From positions 26,970,001-27,034,000 of the forward strand of contig OX597821.1 in NCBI GenBank assembly GCA_951406725.2: a stretch of DNA of 64,000 bases. The letters are read 5' to 3'. Below, piece after piece: positions 1 through 13,293 of the stretch. A program made the position numbers and the translations under genes. The notes beneath the pieces are model-generated. The model did not search any database. It was not told where the DNA came from and saw only the letters and a program-made list of their open reading frames with translations. The number at the start of each line of letters is the position of its first letter. Within the stretch, counting starts at the first letter, position 1. The stretch is from Octopus vulgaris (taxonomy: Eukaryota).

Positions 1-35
<35 letters not shown>

Positions 36-285
36 TACATACATACATATACAGGTGTGTGTGTGTCACCGTGTGTGTGTGTATCAACGAGATGTATAGT
101 CAAAATGAAATAATTGCTGTAAGAGGTTCCTTATGCAATATATATTTATATATATATATATATTCTTTTTCTCAGTTGGTGTCCATTAAACCTTTCATAA
201 TTTCTGTAGTAATTTTAAATGTATCATTCATGAAAATAAATAAACGCAAAGAAATATAGAAGAGAAAAGAAATTAGAGAATAATG

Positions 286-600
286 TTTTATAAACTCATG
301 AATAACTATGTAATTATATTAATGTGTATTTAAATTTTCTCTGGCTTCCGCGTAATAAATGCTCGTTTGGTAAATGTAGTCGATATTTTAATATGTTCTA
401 CTAAAAATAGTATAAGTTTTTTGAAAAACAGAAATAACTGTAAAATATCAACTGTAAATTTTTCTTTATAAATCCATGAATAACCATGTAATTATATTAA
501 TGCGTATTTAAATTTCATTCTGATTCTCGGAAATAAATGCATGTTTAGTAAGAGCTGTCTGTGGTTTTTAACTAAAAATAGTTTAAGGTTATTCACATGG
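286..600. repeat. Diverged tandem dimer, period ~178 bp
   Basis: CATGAATAACyATGTAATTATATTAATGyGTATTTAAATTT at 297 and again at 475; similarity continues through AATAAATGC and ACTAAAAATAGT. Confidence 0.75.
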
Positions 601-1261
601 AAAATACTTTCAAAACAACCGTAACAAATACACATATTAGGATGGGAAGTCAAAGTTGAGTTGGTCACAAGGCCACCACTAAATGAATAGTCATCTAGCT
701 TTGTAGCATGAGTAAGTTAGCTTGTTGCCGCCAAACTTCTATGCAGCTATACTAGCAAAGGTAAATGAACTTAGCACATACAAAAGTAAATTGATTGATA
801 ATAAGCACGGTATTTGAATGATCAAGAATTATACAGATATAACGATAGAACACTTGTAAACATAATGAACACCCGTATTTAATTACTGCATCTACTTGGA
901 CAAGGAAGTGTTGTTCAGCTCTGTACTGCATTGTCTCGAGTACCTGAGTGTCTGGTATTTCAATGCATTGGTTTTCAAATTGGGAACACTTACCAAATTA
1001 ATAATTGTACATGAAACGGCCAGGGATATTTTTTTCTTAGTTCATAACAGACAAAATTCATCACTAAGGTAAAAGAGAAGCATAGAGAGGGGAGAGGGGA
1101 GAAAGAGAGAGAAAGAAAGGGAGAGAAAAAGAAAGAGAAGTAAGAAAGAGTGCTAACCACGAATTCCATTTCATTCTCTGAATCTTTCTATTTTAAAATT
1201 TCATTTGTATATTGTTCAATAGTAAAAGAAGAGAAGAATAAAAGAATATCTGAAATAGAAT

Positions 1262-1476
1262 AAGGCGGCGAACTGGCAGAACCTTTATCACGCCGGGCGA
1301 AATGCTTAGCGGTATTTCGTCTGCCGCTACGTTCTGAGTTCAACTTCTGCCGAGGTCGACTTTGCCTTTCATTCTTTCGGGGCTGATAAATTAAGTGCCA
1401 GTTGCATAGTGGTGTCGATCTAATCGACTGGCCCCCTCCCCCAAAATTTCGGGCCTTGTGCTTAGAGTAGAAAAGA
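1262..1476 (+). mobile_element. tRNA-derived SINE family A (Meta/MESC-like central domain), tail type 1
   Basis: Head AAGGCGGCGAACTGGCAGAA, B-box-like GAGTTCAAC, core GACTTTGCCTTTCATyCTTTCGGGG..GATAAATTAAGT; flanking duplication AAAGAATATCTG(A/T)AA(T/C)AGAAT at 1241-1261 and 1472-1492. The Meta/MESC label is from recalled similarity. Confidence 0.85.
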
Positions 1477-2159
1477 ATATCTGTAACAGAATGCTTGAAG
1501 TAGAACACTCGTATAATGGATTGATTGCTCTTGGATTCACATCTAAAAGATATTTTTATTCCACTGAGTGATGAATATACTGCAATATTGATCCAGAAAG
1601 TTAAACCCTTTGTACGTTGATTGGAGCGTATGGTGTGTCTGAGTCGGATAGTATCTTGACGAGGGAACATGTTGTTCTCTTCGGTGTATTTCGTCCGCTT
1701 TGGTACTCTGAAAACACCAGGCTCACACTTATGACTTCTCGAAGCTTTGTGTATGCAATGGCAGCCACACCTCGGAAAATGACTTTCATAAGGCAGCTAA
1801 ACCACCTTGAGGCTAGCTGACAATTCTCATTCCATCAGTGAACTAGGGCTTGTTTATCTGTCCATGTAAAGACGGGACCCGGCGAACTGTGCGGGGTAAA
1901 CCACGAGATGATTAGTATAACGGGCAAGAGTGCGGATTAGCAATCGTTGTGGAGTGCGAACAAGGCATGATGATACACGAAGGACATGATGCAGCATTTC
2001 ACAACATTCCGACTTAACTCTAGTTGTCTTGACTTCAACTTGCCCATGAAATCAGTAAGGAAGTTATCACAGAGTGAGGCACATCACGTTGCAGCACTTC
2101 AAAACCTCTTCCTTTTTACTTAGAAATTAAGCACGGAACTCTCTTCTTTGTAAGTACTT

Positions 2160-3700
2160 GACTAACCTTCACATTACATCCAGTAATAGTCAGTCATCAC
2201 ATTGACTTTTTCTCTCATATCTTTATGTTTTGAAATCTCCCCCCCCCGCTCCTCTCTCACATTCCCCAGATTTTCCGGTAATAAATCAAAATGGGCATGT
2301 AAGAAATAGAACTTAATCCTAAATCCTAAGGCCTCGAACTTTTCCATTCCAGCATTCTTTCCATTATATCTTTGCAGTTCATATCCTTCTGAATACGCAA
2401 GAAGTTCTTCTTCACATCTTTAAAACTAATCCATGCAATTTTTTTCAAGAAACACTAAGCGATCATTGAAAGTTTTTGTTTTTTTTCCTTGAAGTGTTTA
2501 CTTATATCTGTCCTACAAATTACACCCTTCACAACTTTGACATGCAAAGTAATAGGAAACCTCTTACGCAAATACTTGATACCCTTTCCATCTTGTGGTA
2601 AAACTTTTAAAAAATTGCTTCATGAGTCTAAGTTTTAAAAGTCGAGGGGGAGGCAAAGGAACCCTTTTCAAATGAACAAAATTTCCTCGAAGGATGTTCT
2701 TCTTTCGTAGTTGCCCAATTATTTTTAGATCAATGGGGATTCCTGGCTTTACTGGCCAATTTACACAAGACACAAGGGAACGTTGTGTAGCCTGACTATT
2801 GTCCAAGCAAATTGCAAATTATTTACCAGTCTCTGTAAACAAACGAGTTGGGAACTTTGAATTTAATCGTGTATGAGTGACACCAAATCCTCACATATCT
2901 CCTTCGTGATCACTGATTGTCCACCTCAGATGGAAGCATATTTATTACCGTTATGCAATAGAAGAGATTTAGTATTTCTCTTTGATCTGTCAATAAAGAG
3001 TCTCCATTCTTCAGGGCTGTTACTTATGACAAACTTAATTATAAGCTCTGATGGATCTGTACCAGAAACCAAATGATTTTCATGGGAAACAATAAGGAGC
3101 AATTCCTTTTTCGTGGTTCCGGTACCAACAGAAAGATGCGTGAGGAGCTAAAAAATTCGTGGATTTAAGTCTGGAACCTAAAATCTCTGCTGACTCCTTT
3201 GTGAGCCCCAAGTCCCCCACTAGCTCATTTAATTCGTACTGGTTAAATAGATGAGGTTCTTCATCTTCACTGGTATTGGAGTCATAACGCCTTCTGATTT
3301 AGAACTCAAATGTATGTCTTCAAGGTTTACTCGTAGTGGTGGGACTGATGAGTCTCATCCATTGCCCCATTGTAGATGGGAGATATGAATAAACAATGCT
3401 TTTCTTACTCATCGAACTATCTCACTGCACTTCACATGAGCAAAATTTGCATTCATACTATGATTGTTAGTGTTTCTCTGTATCACTTAACTTAGAAAAA
3501 TGAAAATTTACATTCTGTCCATTGCCTTAGTTCTTCAACACAAATTGAGCAGGCTTTTTGAGAAGCCCACTTCTTATCTTGATCTCTTAACTTCAGATCA
3601 AGCATTGTAAGACTTTTTGAGAAACTCGCTAGTTTTTCGACAAACCAGTTACAAGTGTAACAAAAGCTATCAGGGATTATTGCACAACAGAAACAATATG
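2160..3700 (-). pseudogene. Degraded DNA-transposon transposase, Chapaev3-like (CMC superfamily)
   Basis: Minus-strand motifs in order across frameshifts: PDSFCYTC, DQDKKWA..ACSICVEELRQW, HLFNQYELNELVGDLGLTKESAEILGSRLK, EWRLFIDRSKRNTKSLLLHNGNKYASI, LPPPRLLKLRLMKQFFKS, FLHAHFDLLPENLGNVREERG, MTDYYWM. Superfamily label from recalled motifs, no search run. Confidence 0.75.
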
Positions 3701-6700
3701 TATTGATATATGACCAACACAATAATCATATCATTAATAATAATATAGTAATACATATTAATACTATAACCAACTCTATAATCACATTAGCAGTATTAAT
3801 GATGATGATAATATTAATAGCAGCGATTGTGGTAAAATCAATGTTTATAATAGGAAACTCTAATAAAATTAATGGAAAATTACCTTCTCTAAATATAATT
3901 TATATATCTCTATCAGTAATGGTAATGGTTACCTGGCTTTTGATTATAAATGGAACGTTAAAACAATATTAGAAAATGTAGTAGATTATGTAAGATAGTT
4001 ATGTTGTGACTCAACTTCCTCTTTAAAGAACATATTGTATATAATATTGCAGATGGATTCCTCCAGTCTTTGGGCAAGCAATTTAAGGTAAAATTAGTTT
4101 ACTCCAACAAAATGTAGAAAATATAGCAATATTTATTTAACTGCATAAAATTATGTCGTGTCTGTAAGAGCACACATATCCGAAAATAGCCCAGTAGCTA
4201 AGGTATTTAGAACAGTCCGACTAACCGTAATATATACCTGGATAAAATCACTAGCATATGGATGTAGTAATTATACCTAAAAGCGGTGTAGTGGCGGTGT
4301 AGTAATTATACCTAAAAGGGTTTACAAACCTAATTCTTGTAACTGTAGGAATAAACCTCTTTGACCGCTCAGTGACCGATGCCTTAGGATATATTTTATT
4401 TACAAATGCTATGTGCATGTTCTCGACAAGTTGCATGTTCTCCACAAGGCGCTTCGTCTCAAAAATAATTTTAAGCATATATTAAAGTTAACTTTAATTT
4501 AATTTAATTTGTTGGATTTTTATGTATACTCGCAGATAAAAATCTGAAAGAGTCTGGTCGATTATATGTACATATTATATATGCAACATAAAAGGAGGAC
4601 GACAATGTGAATTGTGCATATCGAGTGTAGATCAAACATATTAACCAAAGTGACAAATTAATAAATTAGATTCCTCAGCTGAACCGAATGTCTTTATTGC
4701 ATACCCCTAGCAACTAACCCATATGTGGTACGCCGTTGCAATATTAAATACTATGAGGCGAGTTGAGTCCAGTAGTTTTAATTGTTATTTTAAAAAATTT
4801 CATTATACTACTACATTTTATAAATCCTGCTCTGCTTTCTCATATAATACGAATATTTCTTGTAATTGTGGATCTTGATACCTCAATTATCCTGTATATA
4901 TCGAAACAGTGGCTTTATAAATAATAAATTCATAAACCTAGGATGAAAAGAACAATATCATAAAGGCTGGCAGTGACGATTTTGAAAATACTCGCTTCCC
5001 GATGATCAACCTGTGATTTTTTCACAAGCATACCTTCAAAATGATTAAAAAAACAAACACTAAAGATGATGCGTATATTAGTATAGAAAGCTCTCAATTT
5101 CACCTGGATTCATGACTGTTATATTGCATAACATTGTTAAGTTCATGCGTTAGGAATTCCAAAAGAGGAGTTGGTTACCAAATACATAAAGGACAAAGGA
5201 ATCCCTTAAACTTTAACTTTGATTATGCCTTGCTTCTGTGCACGTTATTATATGTGACCAAGAATGACGTTGCTGTTAAGACAATAACCAATACCATCCG
5301 CTGGAAATACTCTTCTGGGATTAACATTGACAAAATCTCTGTTATTGAATACACAAATGTAAATCTGCACAAGGAGTTTTCTCTTCAAAAAGTCTACGAA
5401 GGTAATATTTTCATCAAAATTTTCCAGATGTAAATGTAATAGACGATAAAAAAGAAAAAAAAACTATTCGGGACAGGAAAGAAAGCAAACATGTAAGTTC
5501 TTACCGATCAGACATGCGTGAAAAGAAACATATTTATGGATTCTGACTTTAAAACCAGTACTTTATCTACTGTGATTACTCACCTCCCACACATACATAC
5601 ATGTACGCATGCGCACGTATTCATACACATACATTCACACACACAGACACACACGCACATACACACATATACATACAAATTTACACGGTAGGTTTCTGCA
5701 CAGTAAATTTCGCTCAAGTTTGACAGTCAATCCGAAGGTGTATATTTGCTGAAAGAGATGAAGTGTATGATTGAATTTAGAATACCGGTATCTCAAAGTG
5801 AACTTTTGAAGCACACAGCTATTACTGCGTTCCCATCTGCCAACTAAAATTCATAGAATCGTAAATAAAGCAATGAAGCTAATTCATCTTATTGAAAGCT
5901 TACAGATTTATGTTGATGCATACAGGAGGCTTAACATGTATTTTATATTTTCTTTTTACCTATAGGTGTAGAGGTGGACACACAAAATTATTTATATATT
6001 GGGAATCTTTTTATTTGAAATCTATTTTCAATGGAGGTTTTCGACCCTTTGTTTCGATTGGTTTCCAAAGTATAATTCATTAATAGATGTAGCTATTCAC
6101 GCATTCAAATTAAACTCCCTTTATTTCTTGTTATGATGTTAATAACTTTTCTGGTCATTTTTATTTTTTGTTTTCTTAAATAGTATCGACATTATTTTTT
6201 GTAAAACCCAGCTATAAATTTTTAAAAATATTAACTTTAATGTCTGTTCGCTTTGTTAAAGTTCTTGTCTTGCTTTCTTTTAGTAGGCCATTGGCAACAA
6301 CTGTCACCATGGTAATAGAGGTTTTGTTCTTCGAAGTATCATTTCTGATGGGGTTATTGCTTGCATTGTTATAATGGGCAAACATTTGGCGGTAGTGCTG
6401 GGAATGAAATCAATTCTGAAGTCATCGAACAATTAGAAAATGATTTCAAAGATGTAATTAGTGCTATTGCGTTTGGAATGTTATCAAATTAAATGTTTTG
6501 TTTGAAAAATTTTGTTTTAGTTTATGAAATATTTTCGGAAAATGGTTCAATATATTTTATTTTGTTTAAAAAATGTGATGTCTAAAACAAACCCCAACAA
6601 TTATTTCTTTCTTTTTCCTTTTCCATAAAAGAAACTTAACTAAATATGAAAAAAATAGAGCAAACTACATTTCTCCCCTACAACACCGAAATCATGATTA

Positions 6701-8119
6701 GTTTCAGAAACATAATTACGGTATTGACTTAAATAATACTGATTTTCATTTGAACGAAAAATGCAAGGGAGGATCAAAAACCATTGCATTATTTCACTTC
6801 TATTATTGCAAAAGAAAAGAGAAAAAAACAAAAACAAAAACAGCGTTGCTATAATTATTTCATATGGGAGGAAACTTGTTTGAGTGATATATATTTATAC
6901 ACACACAGATTACTAGAAACACACGGCCTTTTGTCTGTATTGTTTAATGTTTCAAATGATAAGCCTTATGTATATTTTAATGGAATTTAAGGTTGTAGCG
7001 TTTCCACAACGTTAGTAAGTAATATTTTGACGTAAAATTAGAATAATTATGAGTGAAACTCAAAATTTAATGCGCGTAAGTGAACGATGCGGATAAAACA
7101 TGATTTTGTTTCACGTAGTATCATTCTCGTATCCTAAGATGCTCGAATCCACATATGTACGTTGCAATACAAATACGTTCTCGTCAAGTTCATTACATTA
7201 TGGTGATGTTAATGGAATATCTGTAGATTTCCCGAGGGAAGAAATGCGGCGGTGATGTAGTTTCCTGATGATGTCTTCATATAGGAAGCAAGTATAAGAA
7301 CGTTTTCTGAATACTGGTACTGGTTTTCTACATGTAGGTTATTTGACCTGAGTATACAACAAATCACTGTTAGTAGTTTTACCTAAAAAAAACAACAACT
7401 CGTGAATCGGTTGTCTAAGTATTTTGCCAGCTAGTTCATTTATCCTATTCCTTTAGTACATTAGGAAAAATTAAATGTGAAACTTCTGAACAATAAGGAT
7501 AACTGCCATTTTGAGACATGTGTTATAGTTTGATATTTTCTACGGTTTCTGTGAAAAAATTTGTACTTTGCAATTTAGTATAAAGTGATGCAGTTTCAAT
7601 TATACTAATGGAGGTGTGTGAGATTGTTATACCGATTGCTATTAGTACACAGGGCTGGATAAATAGGGGGTGTCAATGGGAATAGAAAATACTTCAAAAT
7701 GCAAGCTTAACGAAACATTAGTTTGCATTGCTTCTTGATGTCACGTGACACAAGCTGCCGAATTGTGCCAACAGCCACTACAATATTACCAGAAATTATG
7801 TCACGCTTTTATGGAATAGCAAACTACCGATTGCGTATGTAATATAATTTTTGCTTGCAACGAATAATATAATAATTTACTGTATATTAAACGTCCACGT
7901 ATACTGAACATTGGGATTTCCCGCCACTGAAGTTTAGGTTTTGCACTATCAATGAAAATCTCAATACATTTTGGAGAAAATCAGGTTGCCATTTATTGAA
8001 GAGGATTTCTTTATCCATATCCAAACACATTGATTAAGGAAATGTAAATAATGTTAAATAATGATGGATTCTCCCGGCGAAAACGACATATGAGTATTTT
8101 TTGCCGAATTATCTGCGCA

Positions 8120-8352
8120 AATGATTTGATCATAGTGATCAAACGTATGCACTGTACATTAGCTCACTTTCTCCATCAAATCTACGTTACCTGAACAGGT
8201 GTGCGGTGTACCACGTGTCAGGTGTCGAAGTGATTACTGAGCAACTGGAGATAAAGTGTTTTGCTCAAGAACACAACGCATCACACAGTCTAGGATTTGA
8301 AACCATAAATATCGCGATCATGAGTTCCAACACTTTCACCACTGGGCCATGT
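8120..8352 (-). mobile_element. Degenerate tRNA-derived SINE (family C-related head)
   Basis: Reverse complement reads ATGGCCCAGTGGTGAAAGTG..GGTTTCAAATCCTAGAC..TTCTTGAGCAAAACACTT; related to 19203-19330. Confidence 0.6.
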
Positions 8353-10771
8353 TACTTATAGAAAGGCTTGGTTGCGGTTGGAATCCATTTCGTCATGGGT
8401 TTGTTCAATAAGGTTTGGCCTGGAGCTAACAAGCAGCGATCCGCATAGTTTCGTAGACAATATTTTAAATGTCTCTTGCCACACACAAATGTCAGTGAAT
8501 TGAAGCTTATGTCAGTGAATTGGAAGAAACGTTAGAGGTAAATTCGTTGTTGTGTTTCTTTCCTCTGTACTCAAGTCTGAATTACACTAGAGATATCTCT
8601 CTTTGATTACCATGTGTTTTAATTTTTTTTATTGGTCTTGTGGTCAGTAACCATTATTTCCTACCTTGAATTCAAAGGAAATGACTACTATTAAGTTCAG
8701 GCTTTGCTTTTGTGACCTGCACATCAATATTTTCAAACCGACCCATTTTCGTTTACATTTCAGACAGATTCAGCGCTCAATTGCTGAAGCAGAAATATCG
8801 TTATTGCAAATATTCTGCTCAACAACACATATTTATTTATCAATTGCTTGATCTTAGCCACTGGAGCATGTCCCCAAAAGGCCGACAATTTGTGTATCTC
8901 TGATAACGATCAGAAGTAATGGAGAAGAACCGCAGCTATGTGTTAAGAGCTTTAGGGTTTGAATAAATATACAAGTAAAGCTTGAAGGAAATATTAGTCA
9001 TTTTTCATACTTTCATAGGAAATAGTAGCCGTTATACAGTGTTATCAATAATATTTGTTAGCAGTTAACCGCTATAACTAAAAGCATTTAAACCATTAGC
9101 ATATAAATCTACGATTTTCGCCAAAGATGGAAAGTAATATTGTGACTCCAGTATGAATAATTTATTTTATATTACAGAATATCACTGATAATAGAATTAA
9201 ATTCCAGTGATATAATCGCGCTTTTAAATTTTGCAGGATTGACGAAGTAAATGTCAGGAAAATACAAATATGAATTGAAAGGAATATAATACTGCTGTAT
9301 ATGAATTGTTTTTGTTTTCCAGTAAAATAAAAAAATGTATACTTGTATGCTATGCATTCTATTTTCCACAGATTGTGTAATACACTAGTAATATAGTATG
9401 TTGACAGAAATTTAAAATTGTATCATTGAATACACTGCATTATTTGCCGTAAACTATTTTCATGTTGTACGATACCATTTGTAAATTATATGTAACAGCT
9501 GTTTGTGATGTATCATGCCTTGTACGAACCTAAAAGCCTACACCTAAGTTATAATATTCGAGATCAATGCAGGTTTAGAAAGTAAAATTTCTGATTCCTT
9601 GTGAACATCGTATATCAAAGAATTTTTAACCAAGTAATATATAATTTTAAAATGTTATTTATAACTTTCCATTTCTAAGAACGACACATCGATAATATAT
9701 GCCTAAAACGTGGGAAGTATTGATAAACATTCAGAAGCTATGCATTAAATCCGTTTCAATGGTTGACAATGAAATACTTTATAGTTATCGATTTAGTAAT
9801 GCATAGCATGTAAAATGCCTTACTGAACTGAAATCATTGGCTTTGTTTCAATATTGTACTGTTTCCCTCGCGGCCTAGAAGATGAACTTTTGTAATGTTT
9901 CTCGACTGAAAAATAAAAATAAAGCTTTCATCTATTAATGAGCAAGCTGTTTCAAAATTCTTCATCTGTTTTCCCCAACCGTGTTATTTTAAACAAAAGG
10001 CAATGCTATGTCTTAGAGTCTTAATTACTTGCCGTAAATAGTGTAGAAAACAAACAATTCTATAGAATACTAACGTGTTTGATAAAATACATGATTCCAC
10101 TATATATTATTTCTCTTGTAAATTAACCACCATGGAGATTCCCAGCTTTCATTGACATCCTCTGCTTCACATATGACATTAAAATATCAATAAAAAATTC
10201 CTGCTTTGTTGTAAACTATAAAATCTATAGCTTCTATTGTATTCACTACGCTTCCTGAAACTGGCTAGTTAAAAGAGTAAATCAATTATGAGGTCTATGT
10301 AATAATGACATTGTTGATTGAGGTCGTTGTTTTCACTCCTTTATGCGATTTTGAAACATCGAGTCAGTAAAGTTGTCGTTTTTTTTTAATTTCTTCCTGA
10401 GTAACAGAATAATTTCGGAAATAGATCTTGGTATATTCCGCTGACCTGGAAAGTAGAGGAAGCTTTTAAGACGGTTACGATTAGCATTAATAAAGATCTC
10501 TGTTGCAAAAATCAAAAGAGGCATTCGTTTATTTTTGTGCAACGGATGTAAGTGGAATGTCAGTGTTATTACGCTAATTGATGATAGACGCTGTGAGTAA
10601 ATTTAGTAGTTCTGATGGTGGCCTGCCATTTGAATGATAGCGGTTTTGCACAGCAGCACTAAACCAATAATAATAATTATGCCACTAACAAATACAACAT
10701 ATTTTAAAGTCAGCGCTACGATTCACATGGTTGTTTAAATGTAGCATATCAAAAGAAATGAAGAACTGGTA

Positions 10772-10974
10772 TACTCTTTTACTTGTTTCTACCATTTGAC
10801 TGCGGCCATGCTGGAGCACCGCCTTCAGTCGAGCAAATCGACCCCGGGACTTATTCTTTGTAAGCCCAGTACTTATTCTATCGTTCTCTTTTGCCGAACC
10901 GCTAAGTTACGGGGACATAAACACACCAGCATCGGTTGTCAAGCAATGCTAGGGGGACAAACACAGACACGCAA

Positions 10975-11029
<55 letters not shown>

Positions 11030-11196
11030 TATACGACAGGCTTCTTTCAGTTTCCGTCTACCAAATCCACTCACAAGGCATTGGTAGGCCCGGGGCTATA
11101 GCAGAAGACACTTGCCCAAGATGCCACGCAGTGGGACTGAACCCGGAACCATGTGGTTGGTTAGCTTGCTACTTACCACACAGCCACTCCTGCGCC
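10772..11196 (-). mobile_element. tRNA-derived SINE family B (CORE-like, internal TA/TG microsatellite), full length
   Basis: Close match in reverse to 11665-12072 and 21217-21664: GGCGCAGGAGTGGCTGTGTGGTAAG head, GGTTCAGTCCC B-box, CTTGGGCAAGTG CORE-like segment, GTAAAAGAG tail. Confidence 0.92.
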
Positions 11197-11440
11197 TATG
11201 TCAATTGTTATCATAAACCAGTGCTTCCGTATCTCATTATGCTTATAACTGTGAACTGCTCATTTGCATAATGCGCTTAATCAGCTGCCATCTAGTTAAC
11301 TGCGCTGGTACATTTATTTTTTGAATTTCTCATGAATACAAAAATTTGAGGTTTTCCTCTATGGGGATCGAGAGGTAGAAGGAAGGTGGAGAGAGAAAGA
11401 GAGAAGGATACCTGTATTTTAAACGTCTAAAACAGTAAAA

Positions 11441-12190
11441 GACGCAGACACAGGTGTGTGATTAATAAAGTTAAAATGTAACATCGTTGTTTTGTATTCA
11501 GTATCACTGCGCTGCACCCTCGTCCAATGCTTCTGCATTAGCCCAGAACGAGCAATGATCTCTGAGTGAATTTGATGGAAGTGTCTCTCTCACCACTTAA
11601 CAACCGGTAGTGCGGTTTTTGCGCTCTCGTATTTTAGCAGTTTGGCAAAAAAGACAGCCAGATAGGCGCAGGAGTGGCTGTGTGGTAAGTAGCTTGCTTA
11701 CCAACCACATGGTTTCGGGTTCAGTCCCACTGCGTGACACCTTGGGCAAGTGTCTTCTACTATAGCCTCGACCCGACCAAAGCCTTGTGAGTGGATTTGG
11801 TAGACGGAAACTGAAAGAAGCACGTCGCATATATGTATATATATATATGTGTGTGTGTTTGTGTGTCTGTGTTTGTCCCCCTAGCATTGCTTGACAACCG
11901 ATGCTGGTGTGTTTATGTCCCAGTCACTTAGCGGTTCGGCAAAAAAAACGATAGAATAAGTACTGGGCTTACAAAGAATAAGTCCCGGGGTCGAGTTGCT
12001 CGACTAAAGGCGGTGCTCCAGTATGGTCGCAGTCAAATGACTGAAACAAGTAAAAGAGAGTAAAAGAGAGAGTAAGTAGCTGAATAATTAAAAAAAATAA
12101 GAATTGTGTCGCTTTGTTTCATAGAAACTTTTAAGTTCGTGCACCAATTTGGCTGCATACCAATGACTGAAACTAGTAATTGAGTAAAGG
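11441..12190 (+). mobile_element. Old family-B SINE split in two by a younger family-B copy
   Basis: 11441-11664 is a diverged 5' part ending TTAGCAGTTTGGCAAAAAAGACAGCCAGATA; 12070-12190 resumes with AGTAAGTA..AATGACTGAAACTAGTAA. Confidence 0.65.
11665..12072 (+). mobile_element. SINE family B, full length, young
   Basis: Head GGCGCAGGAGTGGCTGTGTGG to tail GACTGAAACAAGTAAAAGAGAG. Confidence 0.92.
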
Positions 12191-12629
12191 AACAAACGAT
12201 ATAAACAAGGTCTTTTCTCCATAAAATCAAACAAAAGAGAAGTAATTTGCGTGAAGAGATGAGCTACAAAAGCTCTGTCGTCAGCATTACAGCGAAATTT
12301 CACATTATTCTATCAAATATTTATCTCATAACCTTATAAATAGCTTCTGAACACGGTACAGTACACAGACTTCAGTTTCTGAACGTACAGTATTATTACC
12401 GGTCGCTAACCTTCAGTCATTTTGTCTCTTAGATAGCCACCCGTTCGTCAAACATGAGACTAACCTCAACATGTGTAAAATAAATGTAAGCATATGAATA
12501 CAAAAAGGTAGACTGCTTCCAATCGGTGTTATTCACTGAATAACGCCCAGTAAATTCTTCTTCTTAGAACATTTTACGAGTATTATTATTACCATCATTT
12601 GTATTATTATTATTTAACATGTAGCAATT

Positions 12630-13013
12630 TTAGGCAAATTTCCAATGCATCAGTTGCTACACCTCTGTGTTGCTGAGTGTGTGCAGCATTGTGGGTTCGT
12701 TCTTGTTGCCGGGGGGAGTGCAAACTCTTCCTGGTATTGTATTACGTCAGTTTGTCTTGTTACGGGGTCTCGTTGCAGTCTTTTGTCGTATTAGTCTTTG
12801 TATAGTGTGTTGTTGTGAGTGTCATACGAGTTGTGTCCTTCTGTTGGGCTTTGACCAACTGGTATTTGTTTATTTTATTGGATATTCGCTATAATAGAGT
12901 GTGTCTCATGTTTGTGGATTGTTTTGTTTGGGTTGTATTATTGAATTGATAGTTATTTGCGTCTGTTGTGGGCTGTTTCTAGCCGGGCTATTTCTTGGAT
13001 AATGTGTAGTGTT
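12630..13013 (-). mobile_element. Possible Penelope-like element fragment (RT-endonuclease linker)
   Basis: Strongly A/C-skewed minus strand; translation TLHIIQEIARLETAHNRRK resembles the '..II..HN.RK' segment of Penelope ORFs; ends exactly at the Tx1 5' junction. Weak. Confidence 0.3.
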
Positions 13014-13293
13014 GAGAGTCCAGGCATACTTCAAGCGCCTGGAAGTTCTCCTGGGAACATCTCGGACCATAGTATTAGTAGGGGAGAGTCCAGGCATACT
13101 TCAAGCGCCTGGAAGTTCTCCTGGGAACGTCTCGGACCATAGTATTAGTAGGGGAGAGTCCAGGCATACTTCAAGCCCCTGGAAGTTCTCCTGGGAACGT
13201 CTCGGACCATAGTATTAGTAGGGGAGAGTCCAGGCATACTTCAAGTGCCTGGAAGTTCTCCTGGGAACGTCTCAGACCATAGTATTAGTAGGG
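13014..13293 (+). repeat. 4 x 70-bp near-perfect tandem repeat derived from the LINE endonuclease coding sequence
   Basis: CAGGCATACT at 13021, 13091, 13161, 13231; unit translates as QAYFKRLEVLLGTSRTIVLVG and the last copy continues in frame into DWNAVL. Confidence 0.95.

Noticed and set aside
6212-6397. Possible minus-strand exon HYRQMFAHYNNASNNPIR..
   Set aside because: Open about 60 codons after a CAG, but weak donor, no recognisable homology and no partner exon.
7739-7750. TGTCACGTGACA palindrome (E-box/CLEAR-like motif)
   Set aside because: Single short motif with no promoter context.
10796-11271. Recurrent 'protein family' MLGGQTQT../..EDTCPRCHAVGLNPEPCGW (also 11597, 21160, 55623, 61885)
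   Set aside because: Chance frames through family-B SINE copies; the frame shifts with internal microsatellite length.
11665-11740. tRNA genes at SINE heads (also 15893 and 25289)
   Set aside because: A/B-box-like motifs are present but no complete cloverleaf; each continues into a SINE body and tail.
13014-13293. 70-bp repeat with internal hairpin as a CRISPR-like array
   Set aside because: Units are contiguous with no unique spacers, there are no cas genes, and the unit is LINE endonuclease coding sequence.
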